From Rhynchobatus australiae (lineage: Eukaryota), in the NCBI GenBank assembly GCA_034780895.1, contig JAUZTB010000073.1, positions 14,102,485 to 14,166,484 on the forward strand: a stretch of DNA of 64,000 nt, given 5' to 3'. This document shows, piece after piece, positions 50,211-63,900 of the stretch (the first letter of the stretch is position 1; each line of letters starts with the position of its first letter). Both the position numbers and the translations under genes were made by a program. The notes under the pieces were generated by a model. It was not told where the DNA came from, did not search any database, and saw only the letters and a list, made by a program, of their open reading frames with translations.

Positions 50211-53200
50211 GCGCCTCTCAATTTGGCCTTCTACCATATCTGCTGCCTATTTATTTAGTTTGCCATATTTCTAACTATCATTTCTAGTAGCAGAACTATT
50301 ACACTCTATAAATAAAATTTAAAAAATCACTTATTTTAGTTGGCTGAGTGTTGGAAACACTCTACCAATTGGTGATCACTGCCATTACAATCATTGCAGT
50401 TTGCTTGTAGGTGTGTTTTTGTTTGGAAATATGGTCGGGCCATGCATACAACAGCACTTATAACCAAACATCACCTTCCTATATCCCTACAACATGCTAA
50501 GTAAAGAACAGGACACCTGCATCTACAAAGTAAAACTGAGGAACAAATAAAGGCATCGACATATCTGCTCACCTTTTCAATCATGGTCATAAACATTGTT
50601 TACAAAGCCCTAAGACATGATTTTATCTGAAACATTATTTCTGCTTTTCTTCGCACAAATGCAGCGTGACCAGCTGGGNNNNNNNNNNNNNNNNNNNNNN
50701 NNNNNNNNNNNNNNNNNNAATGGTGTGTGAAGTGAAGAAGTGACCACAATATTGAAAGATGACTGCAAATCACATACAGCAGGGGGAATCTCTTGGCTGG
50801 TGGGATAACTTTTAAAGGCATTCATTTCTTCTTGTTGGGGTGCTTTCCAGATTTTCTTCTCCCTCTAATCACTACTCCAAGAGGGGGAAACTTGCTGTCA
50901 TCTGCTTGAACAAGAGGACAAGAGGACAGTAGCAATGCCCAGGATGATTCATATATGGTTTCTCCTCACCCATATTTTTTATCCAATCAGGCAAAAGCTA
51001 CTGTATATGAGAAATCAGGGGTCTGAGTCCATTTATTTGTATCTATTGTAGTCCCTGACACACATTTTCACTAAGGATTAGGTTAAGAAAATTTGGTAAC
51101 GGTACTCCATTCTCTATTATGGTTTAGTTCTGCACCTGCAATGGCAACTCAGCAATAGTGTACATTAAATATTACAATGATTAGGCTCTGTATTTTCATG
51201 TTAATTGCAAGGCTAAAGTGGGCCTTCTTTCAACATATCCTTACTGCACAAGATAATGAGATTAATCAACTAGCCTGATCAAGCTGAGTTCCCAAGGACA
51301 TTTGCAATAACCGATGTCTATTGCATAAAATCAGCACAATTCAAACTGATTTATTTTTATATTACACAAAGAGGCTGCATGATTATCATGCAGGCAGAAT
51401 TAACTCATGAAACTAAAGCAAGAGGTGGAAATGAAAAACTGTCTAATGTGGGGCTTGAATAGGCAATTGAGCTTGGTGAGGTTGGAAGAAGTTGGTGAGG
51501 TTGTAACACTAAAAAGGCCACGTGGTGGTGCTTGGATCATGATGCTACTGCAGAACGTGGGATGTCACACTTTGGGAAGAAAGGTGTGCACTAACAAAAT
51601 ATCCATAAACCAATTGTCAATGGGAATGATCGGATGGAAAGATGAAAAGAAAGTTACTCCAGCTGTTGTGCTACACATACTGAGGTAAAGCTTCCCGTAA
51701 CACAGCAAACAATGTGAAAATGAAAAGTGAAGGCACAGTAATTAACTGTAATAATGAAATGATCACATCTATGGCAGGATAGAGTATAGTGATAATCATT
51801 TGGGTCTCTTCATGAATTTCACTTTGTCTCAATGTTCTCAAAATTATTTCCATGGGGTTTGGGAGACAAAAGGGGATGCAAGAAAATACAATAACAATTA
51901 AGCTGGCAAGATCTGCTATTTCAACTTTCAGTTGCTTCCAAACAGGACATGATGTAAAATAACTTCCTTTACAGANNNNNNNNNNNNNNNNTGACAAATG
52001 TGCCCAGAATTTCCAAAGCCAACACCGAAAAAATGAAGAAAAACTCACCATAGTGACTGAGCTTTGAAGATATTCTCAACCACAGGTTTAAATGATATGG
52101 CAGTAGACAGGCAATGTCTAGCATTTAAACAAAATGACTTGATAGAAAGAAATATACACTCCTTCATGGCATAGAAACATAACAGGTAAAGTGGTCCAAC
52201 CATGGATTACAGTCAAAAACATGTTGCGTCTATCCTATTTGTACAAACTAACACACTCATGCCTGGAGAGATTTGCTTACAATTGGGTTGTAGTACTCCT
52301 TTAAATACAAAAAAATTATAATGATACGATTATGGCTTCAGTTTGTAAATTAATTAGGCAAACATACCCACCAATGTGAGCAAATAGTCTAAATAACATT
52401 CTAAATCACTCTACACTCTAGCTCCAAGGAAGCAAGAAGAAAATACAATTCATAATGAGCAGAAACTCTCATCTAAATTCCAGTAGCCAACTTAATGGTG
52501 ACAGAATATAACCTTGACAAATGAGAGGAAGTGTGCAGACAGCATTCAGTCAGGTGTGAAATTAAACTGAAAGCCTTTGCCATAGAAGTCACTCTTCTCG
52601 TAAAACCCTCATAGATAATGATTGGTCCAAATCGAAAACCCTCTTTGCCATGGGACAGGCTGTTATCAGCAGGTAACCGGCCACTTCTCCAGCTATCATC
52701 AGAGATTCGGGGTGGAGTTTACTGCAAACATCCACTGTCATTTCAGCATGAACAGGAATGCAGAAATAAAAACAGAAATGTTCCAAAAAAAGATTTCAGT
52801 AAAAGTACATGCAATGTAAATACAAATATTCAACAGAGAAGAAGAAACCTATTGGCAATTATGCTCAGATAACTCTGAAACTTTGCCTGCTAGCACATCA
52901 AGGAGAGTGTGAAGGACCCTTAATCCACTATGACTGACATACTTCAGTGCTTCTAATTTAAAGACATTGAAGGCTGTCTCTACAATGAATCTGAAATTAT
53001 TTTCTTGAAAAATTAAATTTTCCCTCTGTAAAGATGTTCTTGTAATAATGACATCAACCAACATTCGTAACATGATAAGGATGATTTCCTCTGTGGCATG
53101 TGCAACAAAATTATAAACCTGCTTGTGAAAAAAGTTTTATTGCACATAGCACAGAAATTAAGTCTTCCCTCCCATGTTGGCCGGGGTGAATGAGACAACA

Positions 53201-54437
53201 GATCTTATTAACTGTACTAATTTAAAAATAACATAAAAAAAAGAATTAAAGTGGGAACCATAATCTTCAACAAAAGTAAATTATGGTCTGCTTTAACTTT
53301 TAGATGGCGAGTGAAAAGCAGATTTATATCAATATGGAACAGCAGATTCTTAATTGAAACAGATACAATTGAATTTCCTACTGCAGTGCTGCAGATCCAG
53401 AGAAATTGAGACGTAACAAGGTTTAATTTCTTCTTAGTTATTTTTAGTTATTTTGAGTTCATTGATTAATATATATGTTATTTGCCACATGCAGTAATTA
53501 CTACATTAAATTAATGCAGATGAGAACTTAATGCAAACAAATTAACAAATTAAAAAAAGTACATTGAGAAAATGAAACCTCTTCACTAATAAGCTCCTCA
53601 TTGGTTATCTTGATGCTTGTGATTTTGAACCAATTACTAATTCGATGTCACACAGATTTCCTTCATTTAAGATCCTTTTCGAATTAAAATTTCTGTTGTG
53701 TGTGATTAATTGTGCAAACTATGCTCCTGCTGACAAAACATTGATGAGATACTATTTCATGGAAAGACATAGCCCTGCAGGAGGCCATTTGGTCCATTTT
53801 AATAGTTCTGTTCCTTTGAAACTGGTAACAAATTAGCCCAATCTCTCTGATCTTCCTCTACAGTCTTGTAAATAATTCTTTATTAAGGAGATACATTCAA
53901 CTTTCTTCTGAAAGTTGTATTTTCTATCCACATTATCTTCACTTACCAATCAACTCCAATCTCAAATGTGTAAATTCTTGCCATACAGGGTTCTAGATTT
54001 CAACTGCAGTGGAGCACACCACAAATGTTACTCAACATAATACATCCTGGTGCTTTCACCTAAACATATTATTACAAAGCAGGTTCACCACGACTCTGGA
54101 TTGAAACTGCCGCTGAATTCTAAACGATAGACAAACCGGAATTCTCTCACAAATATACCCCCACAGAAAATGTAACCTTTTATGCCTGCATGCATAAATC
54201 AAAAGCAAAGTGACTCTTCTTTAAAGTGCTTGCACCCATTTCAAGCAGAAGTCCCATTCCATTGGGAAAGTGGACCTGACACTTCCTGTAGTGATTCACA
54301 ATGACATAAGTTTTGTTTGCCAGTGGCATTTGCTGCCAGTTGTATTTGCTGCATGTGATGAGTTGGCAATGTTCAGGGCTGGTAATGACTGAAATTGGAT
54401 CAAAGGGTCTTCATGCAGGAATATGATTTAGTCATAA

Positions 54438-54859
54438 TGTTACGAGCCAGGTTGCTATTCGGTAACTGTCCCTTTAAGGCACCTGGACAGTACAGTAGTG
54501 GTGTGTGTGTGTGGTGTTATCAAGACAGCAAGACTATAACAATGTGCCGGAGGATNNNNNNNNNNNNNNNNNNNNNNNNNNNNNNNNNNNNNNNNNNNNN
54601 NNNNNNNNNNNNNNNNNNNNNNNNNNNNNNNNNNNNNNNNNNNNNNNNNNNNNNNGAACTGAACTTTGAGAACTATTCCTGGACTTGGAGTTTGGGAATT
54701 TGCCACACACACACACACACACTTTGAGTTTATTAGATTTGGGGTTAATGTTTAACATCTAACATTTTTGCTTTTCTTACTATCACAAGTAGTTATTAAT
54801 AAAATAATTTAACATTTATACATGACTCAGTGTGTTTCTATTGTTGGTGGTATGTAACA
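54438..54859 (+). mobile_element. Solo LTR (Gypsy/ERV-like) with 4-bp target site duplication, interrupted by an N gap
   Basis: Termini TGTTAC...GTAACA form an inverted pair; ATAA flanks both ends (54434-54437 and 54860-54863); AATAAA at about 54798; internal TG and CA microsatellites. Confidence 0.75.
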
Positions 54860-57348
54860 ATAATAAAATGAGCAGCCCATTATTCTGAAAGTCATGCACA
54901 ATATAAAGTGCTGTTCATAGGATATTGTTACTACCTTTTATAGCACTGTTTTCTCTGTTAATTTTATTGCATTAAAATGCCTGCCACCCACAGTACTGGT
55001 TGCAATCACAGCATCTGCCTCATCCCCAGCCTGACTATGGTTAATCACGGACTACTGTCTGATCAGGGTGCTCGGGAGGTCCACGTGCCATTAAACTCTC
55101 CCCAGACTCCCAACCACGAGGAATGTCTGCCATGGTGAGTATACTTTAAGGATCCAACTTGTTTCCTAGTAGTCCCACCGTGTGGGGAATCTAGAAACTC
55201 CACTATTGGGAAATACACAGGAATTGTTTCAAAAAATAGATAAGGATGTCAATCATCCTAATGATTTTGTTTTTAAAAGTGGAATTTTCACCGTTAGCTT
55301 GAATATTTGCAATTGGATATCAGAGTTACACACTCAAGGTGAACTCCAATTTTTAGGGCATCTTTGTTCTTATTTCAGATTTCCAACAGTCATAGTGTTT
55401 TGCTTTTGTATAGAGTTGTTTATGTGAATCTTTAAACCTAATCCGTCAAAACCCACAACTTGGCTTTCTTGTCTTCCTGCACTGCACTTTCTCTGTAACT
55501 GTAACACTATATTCTGCATTGTGTTATTGCTTTTCCCTTGTGCTGCCTTGNNNNNNNNNNNNNNNNNNNNNNNNNNNNNNNNNNNNNNNNNNNNNNNNNN
55601 NNNNNNNNNNNNNNNNNNNNNNNNNNNNNNNNNNNNNNNNNNNNNNNNNNNNNNNNNNNNNNNNNNNNNNNNNNNNNNNNNNNNNNNNNNNNNNNNNNNN
55701 NNNNNNNNNNNNNNNNNNNNNNNNNNNNNNNNNNNNNNNNNNNNNNNNNNNNNNNNNNNNNNNNNNNNNNNNNNNNNNNNNNNNNNNNNNNNNNNNNNNN
55801 NNNNNNNNNNNNNNNNNNNNNNNNNNNNNNNNNNNNNNNNNNNNNNNNNNNNNNNNNNNNNNNNNNNNNNNNNNNNNNNNNNNNNNNNNNNNNNNNNNNN
55901 NNNNNNNNNNNNNNNNNNNNNNNNNNNNNNNNNNNNNNNNNNNNNNNNNNNNNNNNNNNNNNNNNNNNNNNNNNNNNNNNNNNNNNNNGATTTAATAAAT
56001 GAGATTTGCTTGATCTCTAAGGGTATCTTGAATGACTCTGGCCACTTGCTGGCAAACAGCAATCTAAACCATGCAGCAAATACACGATTGTTCATCTCAG
56101 GCATCAAACTGAAAGATAAAGTCAATACAGTAACTTGAGAATGCCCACAATAGCTTGCCTTATCACCTCGAGGCAGTAGGGGATATTAAAAGCTCTTAAC
56201 AAGTACCTTTTTTTACACTGACCAACTGCAGTATGATATCAGCATCATAAAGCTGAACTCTCACACATACAATACAGAAATGCTAATGGTCCACCTGTGC
56301 TGCAGTGAATGTTGTTCTGCAGTATGATCGGGTGCCTTTGTGCTAAATCGGCATGGAACTTACAGCGTGGATAGATTCAAAGGACGGCCAAAACACCACA
56401 TAACTACACTTCCATGACTGCAGTTGTTCCAAGAAACTTCTGCTGCCTTACCCCCTTGACTAAGGGCCTCCTCCTTTGCGAGTAAAGGGTTCACGGAGAT
56501 TAACTATATGAAGGCCACATGGATGGAGGAGAGCTCAGGGCTGACTAGAACAAAAATGGGCATCTTATTGTCAAGGAACAGCACTGTGGTCGTGGTTTGC
56601 TCTGCAAGATGATTTTCTTAACCCTTGGAGGAAGACAAACCATTATGTCTGTTTCCTGAGGCAGTGTTACTTGGTGAAGCAGGACTGCCTTATAAATGGG
56701 GCATATTTGCTCTGTCATACATTCGCGATGGCACACATTGGCAGTATTAATGAGATGTTACAGAAAGCTTCCTTGTGCAATAATGGCATTTAAAAGCAGA
56801 TAGATTTACAAATCATGCTGCTTAAAGCTCATTAAGTTCATAGGGTGAATAACTTCCATTACACACGCCAAAGAACTTGTTTTTCTCTGCATGTTATCAG
56901 CAAACGAGTTGTCATTTTTAATCTATTAATTAGCACCTTTGTGTTCTATAAAATTAACATCCTCCACTGCTCTTCAATAAAGAATGTAAAACACTTAATT
57001 TGTTAATTAGATACTGCATAATTTTAAATTTGTTAATTAAAATATCCTGTGCTATTTTTTGATTGCAATTGAATAGACTAAAAGAACACTTCAAAGAGAT
57101 GGCTGTGGTTAGGCTGTTTGGCCATGTAAAAAAAACTATTGTTCCAATTCTGTCTCAGCTGTACCTGTCTCGAGTAAAAAAAATGCAGAATGTGGTGTTT
57201 TTATAACTAACAAAACATGATAGTAAGGTCTAATGCGTCAATAGTAGTGTTCTTTCAATATTTCATACTTGTCTATACCAAAATTTGATTTTTGTGGTTA
57301 GTGGCTCAATAAAATAAATAAAACAAGGACCATGCTTTCCTCAGTTAT

Positions 57349-57592
57349 TGTGGTTGGAGAACTGCTACAATTTCCCTTACCTTCCTGCTCAAGAATGATT
57401 TTAAATACATTGGTACAATTATGGCATTCAGGTTTAACAGAAGGAGCATTATGACTGAAAATTAATTATTTGATTGTTAGTTTTGAGTCATTCCTCTTAC
57501 ATTGGTTACACCAGCTCATTTTCTCTATGTCCCTTTCACCTCTTTACTGTTAAGTCTGCTTATTTTTAACTGAAATACTAACACATGCAGGA
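57349..57592 (+). repeat. Copy 1 of an approx. 240-bp direct duplication
   Basis: tgtggttggagaactgctac...ctaacacatgcagga, near-identical to 58121-58360. Confidence 0.95.
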
Positions 57593-58120
57593 AAAATGCT
57601 GCAGATCAGTCTACCTCTGTGGAGGGAGAAACAGCCAACATTTCAGTTGCCAACCCAATTTTATTGCTTAAGAAAATGACATTTCACTTGTGGATATTGG
57701 CGTTTCATCTTCATTTACATAAACTCTAGTTTATATCCTAGTTTATATGGAGTTATTTATGGGACGGGTGTCNNNNNNNNNNNNNNNNNNNNNNNNNNNN
57801 NNNNNNNNNNNNNNNNNNNNNNNNNNNNNNNNNNNNNNNNNNNNNNNNNNNNNNNNNNNNNNNNNNNNNNNNNNNNNNNNNNNNNNNNNNNNNNNNNNNN
57901 NNNNNNNNNNNNNNNNNNNNNNNNNNNNNNNNNNNNNNNNNNNNNNNNNNNNNNNNNNNNNCACGTAATGCCTCCTTAGATGTCATTGACAGTTGGATCT
58001 TAGGGCACCGGGCCCTCAACTCTGGAATTCCCTTTCAAACCATCTCCATCTCTCTCTCTTTCTTTGGAATCTACCTCTTTGATCATGCTTTGGGTCACTT
58101 ATCCTGGTACTACCGTTAAC

Positions 58121-58360
58121 TGTGGTTGGAGAACTGCTACAATTTCCCTTACTTTCCTGCTCAAGAATGATTTTAAATACATTGGTACAATTATGGCATT
58201 CAGGTTTAATAAAAGGAGCATTATGACTGAAAATTAATTGATTGTCAGTTTTGTGTCATTCCTCTTACATTGGTTACACCAGCTCATTTTCTCTATGTCC
58301 CTTTTACCTCTTTACTGTTCAGTCTGCCTATTTTTAACTGAAATACTAACACATGCAGGA
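58121..58360 (+). repeat. Copy 2 of an approx. 240-bp direct duplication, embedded in an L2-like 3' tail
   Basis: Near-identical to 57349-57592 with scattered substitutions and small indels. Confidence 0.95.
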
Positions 58361-58879
58361 TTAAGCTCCTGTGAAGCATCTTTATGCAAAATGATTGCAA
58401 GTTATTGTTAAATTACAAACACTACAAAAATGAGACAAAGTTAATGGAGATGCATAGCACTTGGGTACAAAGAAATTAGAACAAAAGAAGGCAATGCAAT
58501 ACTAAAAGGAAAATCAAACAATTTACAATTATATTCAGCTTCAGAGAACTTTTATGATGTAAACATATCCCCAGTTCTCTAATACGAATCAGTGAATTTT
58601 TCTTTATTGTTAAAGTAGTTTGGTTTTCCAGAATGCAAACTTAATAAGCAGTTTCATGAAAGGAACATCTATGACATCAGCTGCAATGAATAAGAATATA
58701 CTCATTTTACTGGCAGATCCTGGTACAAATTGGACCTAGTACCAACATTTAATTATTATTTTTGCATCAACTAATTATACATACAAGAATATTGCGACAC
58801 ATAAAATTAAATAGCAACCACATGCCTCATGAAACAGGTAAAACAAACGTGTAGTTCATAGACAAGCTCCTGTTCTCAC

Positions 58880-59030
58880 CGATTACAGTCAGATGTGCGC
58901 TGGCAGTGATGCTCGTGACCACATTAGTGGCGACACATTCCCATTGTCCGTGGTCCTCTTTGCTGAGAGCTTTGAATTGTAGGCTGCCGCTTGGAAGGAT
59001 GTTGTGCTTGCTTTTACTTGGCTTCCCTAC
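58880..59030 (-). CDS. IGSF9B: IGSF9B exon (approx. human exon 11), C-terminal part of Ig domain 5
   Basis: 151 bp, tttaaag acceptor, G|gtgag donor, phase 0 to 1. Translates VGKPSKSKHNILPSGSLQFKALSKEDHGQWECVATNVVTSITASAHLTVI(G), with an Ig D-x-G-x-W-x-C motif matching vertebrate IGSF9B. Confidence 0.96.
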
Positions 59031-60979
59031 CTTTAAACAGACAACAAACCAAAGACATACTTCAAATCAAGCTAGCTAATGCCACCTTTCCAAGGTCATT
59101 ATGCTCATTCAGCACAGTTGATTTGCAACTTATATGCTTACATTTATATAGCAACTCAGGATGCTCAGAAGTGTATCCCAGCTAATCGAGCAGTTTGAAA
59201 GTATGGTCACTGCTGTAAAAATGAAGTTAAGCAGCGCAATGCCCCACAGCCAGTAATGAGGGTAATTGACCAAATGATCTATTCTTTGGCAGCCTTGACT
59301 GAGTTTATAATTTTCAACAAAAAACTGGGAGAACATCATTTTTCTCCGAGTAGAATCCAGGGATCTTCCCTGCCCAATTGAAACATAAATTGAAAACATG
59401 CTGCTTTACTATGTAAATAAAAGCAGGAATTGCTGGAATTTCTCAGAAGCTCAGGCAGCATCCATGGAGATGGAAACAAGTTAATGGCTCAGTTTAATGC
59501 CTTGATCATTCACAACTGGGCCTTCTTTCTGCTTTCAACTCCACCTGCCTACATCTCCAACATATTAACCCACATCAAACCAGCCAGTATAAACACATCT
59601 TCCTCTCCCGCTCAACATCCCGAGAGGACTATTTGCTCTCAGACACTTGGATCCCTTCTCAAATAATATTATCACATTCCACACCCCCCCCCACCCCACC
59701 ACCCTTCCCATGTAAATGCTGGAGAAAGAGTTGGAGACGTGATGCTCAGGCAGGTTACAGAAATAGAGAAAGGGGAGAATGTGGGAAAGTAAGCTAGTTG
59801 GATAGCAAGAGTGATTAATGTTAAAATGATTGACAGTGTGGTGTGCACCTTATGTGCTGAAAAGCCATCTGTTGTATGTGCTGCCATTGTAGGAAGATGC
59901 AGGTCTATGTTTTGTGTGGGACTGTGTGATGAGATTGAAATGTGTGCCACAAGTAACATACAGTATGAGGACAAATACTGGGCTCGTGTTTTGGTTAGGG
60001 GACGGGGCTCCAGTTTGTGATTAGGGAGGGGTAGTGCCTGTGATCAGGGCGTAGGCCAGCACAGATTTCCCAGATGATTTATTGCAGCATTGTGTGACAA
60101 AGAGGTTATTTTGTAAACACTAAACCCTTTAACCAGAATATCTGGCTCAATAGTAGATGGTAGCAAAATTTAATTTGCATTCAGATGTAGGATCCTCTAT
60201 TTTGTTTGATGATATTAAAATTAGTGAAATTAATAAGAAATATTGATGTTTTCTCATAAATATATATATATATAAGCAAAATTGTTCAGAAAATCAAATC
60301 TTCCTTTATATCTGGGAAATTTGATTCTCCTTGTTCAGTTGACAAATTGAATCATTTAATTTTTGATTTGCACAGAGAAAGAAACATTATTAAAACCAAG
60401 AAGGAGAGATGATTCCTAAAGCTCCCATTTTGCTGTGGGAAATTCCTGGTGGAAGCTGATATGAGGATTGGAGCAATGCTTGGGAATAGTCTTGACACGT
60501 ATGCAAGTGTCTGAGTTAGGAATGCAGCCAAGCCTATACCATTACACTTCTCCTTGTGGGTCAATGAAGGTAGCACATGACTGACAAATATGAAGAGGGC
60601 ACAACTTAGGAGTCTCAGAATCCCACTGCACAGGAGACCATCGTGTAGCGCATACAGTCCATACCAGTCAAAAAACAGAGCTCATCATGCAAGTCCTCTT
60701 CCCAGCACCTGTTTACATAATCCTGTGGGTTATGAGACATCAAACACTCAACCAAGCTGGTTTAAGTGATGAAGATTTCTCACTTTGCCATCATTTCAGG
60801 CAGCTTCCCTAACTTCATTCTAATTGTCTCACTAATCACCTTTAATATATGCCTCATTGTTATTGAGCACACAGACAATGGAATTTAATCCTAACTGTTC
60901 ACCCTGTTTGAGCCGCTTAATTTTATTCAATGAACCAGCTAGCCACATCAACTTAATCCCTGTTACACGGACCTGATAC

Positions 60980-61343
60980 AAAAACAGACAATGCTGTGGA
61001 AACATTCAGCAGGTCGGGCAGTCCCAGTGGAGAGAGAAACCAAATTAACGTTTTAGATTAATGACCTTTGGTAAAAGTGAGAAAAATGAGAGATCAGCAG
61101 GTTTTAAGACATGAAGAAAAGGGTGAGAAGGAAGAATGAAAAGACGAGCTGTGATTATTTGACAAAATGAGACAAGAATCAAAAAAGATGTGATTAGAAG
61201 AGCAGAATCACTGTCTGAAATTAGCAAAGGGAAAAATCTGGATGCTGGAAATCTGAAATAAAAATTTGGGATACTGTGTAGCTAAGAAGGTTGAATTCCA
61301 TGTTGAGTTCGGAAGACCATAATGTTTTTAGTTATAATATTAG
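60980..61343. mobile_element. Penelope-derived fragments
   Basis: aaaacagacaatgctgtggaaacattcagcaggtcgggcag..., tggatgctggaaatctgaaataaaa and gttgaattccatgttgagt motifs, shared with other copies in this window. Confidence 0.5.
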
Positions 61344-62644
61344 ANNNNNNNNNNNNNNNNNNNNNNNNNNNNNNNNNNNNNNNNNNNNNNNNNNNNNNNN
61401 NNNNNNNNNNNNNNNNNNNNNNNNNNNNNNNNNNNNNNNNNNNNNNNNNNNNNNNNNNNNNNNNNNNNNNNNNNNNNNNNNNNNNNNNNNNNNNNNNNNN
61501 TCAGCCTCTCGAACGTACAGGGGATCAACTTTGAGCAGTGAGTACAGCAGCTAGTATAGTGCAGGCCTAATGGTTGAATAGAAGGATGGGAGCAACTCTA
61601 AGAGGCCTGAATCCTTTAACAGCAATAGAGAATCAGATCGGCATCCCAACGAGCACTGATGAGCAATTTTCTCTCACAAAAACTGAATGCTTGGTGCCTT
61701 CCTGCTCCCTGAAGCAGCTGAACAGGCAGATGGGTTCTGACAAACAAGCAGATTATACTTTCAAAATTTTAGAATTGATTACAAAGCAGTTTCCATTTCA
61801 TTTTGCTGCCTGCTGCACCTTTGTTCCTGCTTCATAATACAACCATTTGAGTTTTTTTAAATTTTCTTTAAATAGACAGTGATTTTCAGCTTTCGAGCTC
61901 ACTTGGAATCCAAAGCCATATTGGAGAATCACCCAGAGGGAAGATGGAAAAAATCAGTACTTAAAAATAAACTAGCATGGCATACAATTATGTTCCCTCC
62001 TCCTGGGAATGCAGAAAACAATATCGACCATCTTTTCAGCTAATTTATAGTCAAGAAGCATTCAGGTAATTGTATAAACATCCAGGGCACATTTCAAATC
62101 TTAATACACAAAATTTTAATCTGCACATATTCCCTGAAGCCCCTTTCATGTGATAGAAAAATAGGTTTAATGCAGGAGAGAAATGATTCCTCACCTCAGT
62201 GGCCATTGATATGCTTAGAATTGAATGAATATTTTTCTTGTTTATTACACCTGATGCTCACCAATGTCAGGAACTACCTGCTTTTAACTTTTAACCTCTT
62301 ACGTTAATGTATTTATTCTGCATCAAATAAAATTGAAAAGTTTGGCTTCCAGACCCAAATAAAACTTTGACTTATTTAGCATGGATTACTTAAAGACTAC
62401 ATTTAAGATATATTTAGACAGAAACTTAAATAGGCAAGGCATTGAAGGATATAGACCTAATGCGTGCGACCTAATGTGGAATTAGTGTAGAGGGGCAAAA
62501 AAGTTGGCATGGATTTGGTGGGCTGAAGGGCCTCTTTCTGTTCTGTACAACTCTTTGAGAAGCTTGATAAGCATAGGAGCGAAAGCATGAAAGGAAATAT
62601 TAAAGAGGTGAATTGAATGGGATGGGTTAGAGTCAGTATGGTAA

Positions 62645-63900
62645 AAAATTGCAGTAGGAGTAAGCTACATGGCCTCTCCAGCCTCCTCTGCCATTCAATA
62701 TGATCATGGCTGGTCTGATTATCAACTTCAAATCCATTTTCTGGATAATCCCCATGACTCTTGATTCCCCTGCAGTCCAAAAACATATCTGTCTCAAGCT
62801 TGAATGTAGTTCATGAGTCAGCATCCACACCTCTCTGAAGGCGGAAGATTCACAACCGCCTGAGAGAAGGAATTCCTCCTCAGCTTAGTTTTTAACCAGG
62901 TTTCCTCTTATCCTGAGGTTGTGGCATAAAAATGGAAAATGCTGGAAACAAACAGCAGGAGAGGTGGCATCTTGTTGTTAGAGAAATGGTTAAGGTTTCA
63001 TGCTGCCTAACCTGCTCAGTGTTTCCAGTATTTTCAGTTCTTATTTTAGAACCTCAGGATAAGAAGACAATTATTAAAAACTAAAATCTGCAGTTTATGA
63101 TTTTCATTTACTGAGGTCATGTTTCTGTAAGATCTGCATTCATTCCTCTAAGCTCCTGTGAGTATTGGCCCAAACTACTCAATCTTTCCTTACGTTAACC
63201 CATTTATCCCAGGAATCAATTCTCTCTGCACTGCGCCAACCTCCAAGGTTAATAAATCTTGTGTTAAGTACAGAGACCAAAACTACATGTGAGGCAAGCC
63301 TTCCCTGTTTTTGTATTCCACATCCCTCGCAAAAAAGACCAACATCATGTTTACCTTCCAAATTAATTGTTATACCTGCATCCTTAATTTCTACTTTTTT
63401 TGNNNNNNNNNNAACAACCAGGCATCTTTGAACCCTAGCATTCAGTTGTCTTATGACATTTAAATCATTTGCTCTGATTTCTATTCTTCGCACCACATTT
63501 TCCCACTTCATATTCCATCGGTCATCTTTTTGCCCACTCAGTTAACCTGCCTGTATCCCTTTGCCAACTGTTGTGTCAACCTCAGAACTTACTTCCCCAT
63601 TTGTGTTTGTAACTTCAGCAAACATGGATACAATGTACTCAATCCCTTATCCTTCATTAATATAAATTGTAAATAGCTGAGGCACCAGTAGTGAGGTGCT
63701 ACTAAGTAGTCACACCTTACTATTTAGTACTTGCTAATCTGAAAATGATCTATTATCCCTGCTGCCAGTTTTTTGTGAATTAGCCAGTCCTCCATCCATC
63801 CAAATATATTACCCTCAATATTATAAAACCTTCCCTTGTGCCATGACTTACACACAGCACCTTATTAAATGCCTTTTGGAAATCCTAGCTACATTCACTC
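62645..63900 (-). mobile_element. Degenerate antisense CR1, interrupted by a fold-back insertion at about 62906-63064
   Basis: Tail gtaggagtaagctacatggcctctccagcctcctctgccattcaatatgatcatggctg, followed by RT-region text tttttgcccactcagttaacctg...aaatgccttttggaaatcc. Confidence 0.7.

Noticed and set aside
58940-58970. REST/NRSE-like half site (ACCACGGACA) in the Ig5 exon
   Set aside because: Explained by the D-H-G-Q codons, and the left half of the motif is not correctly spaced.
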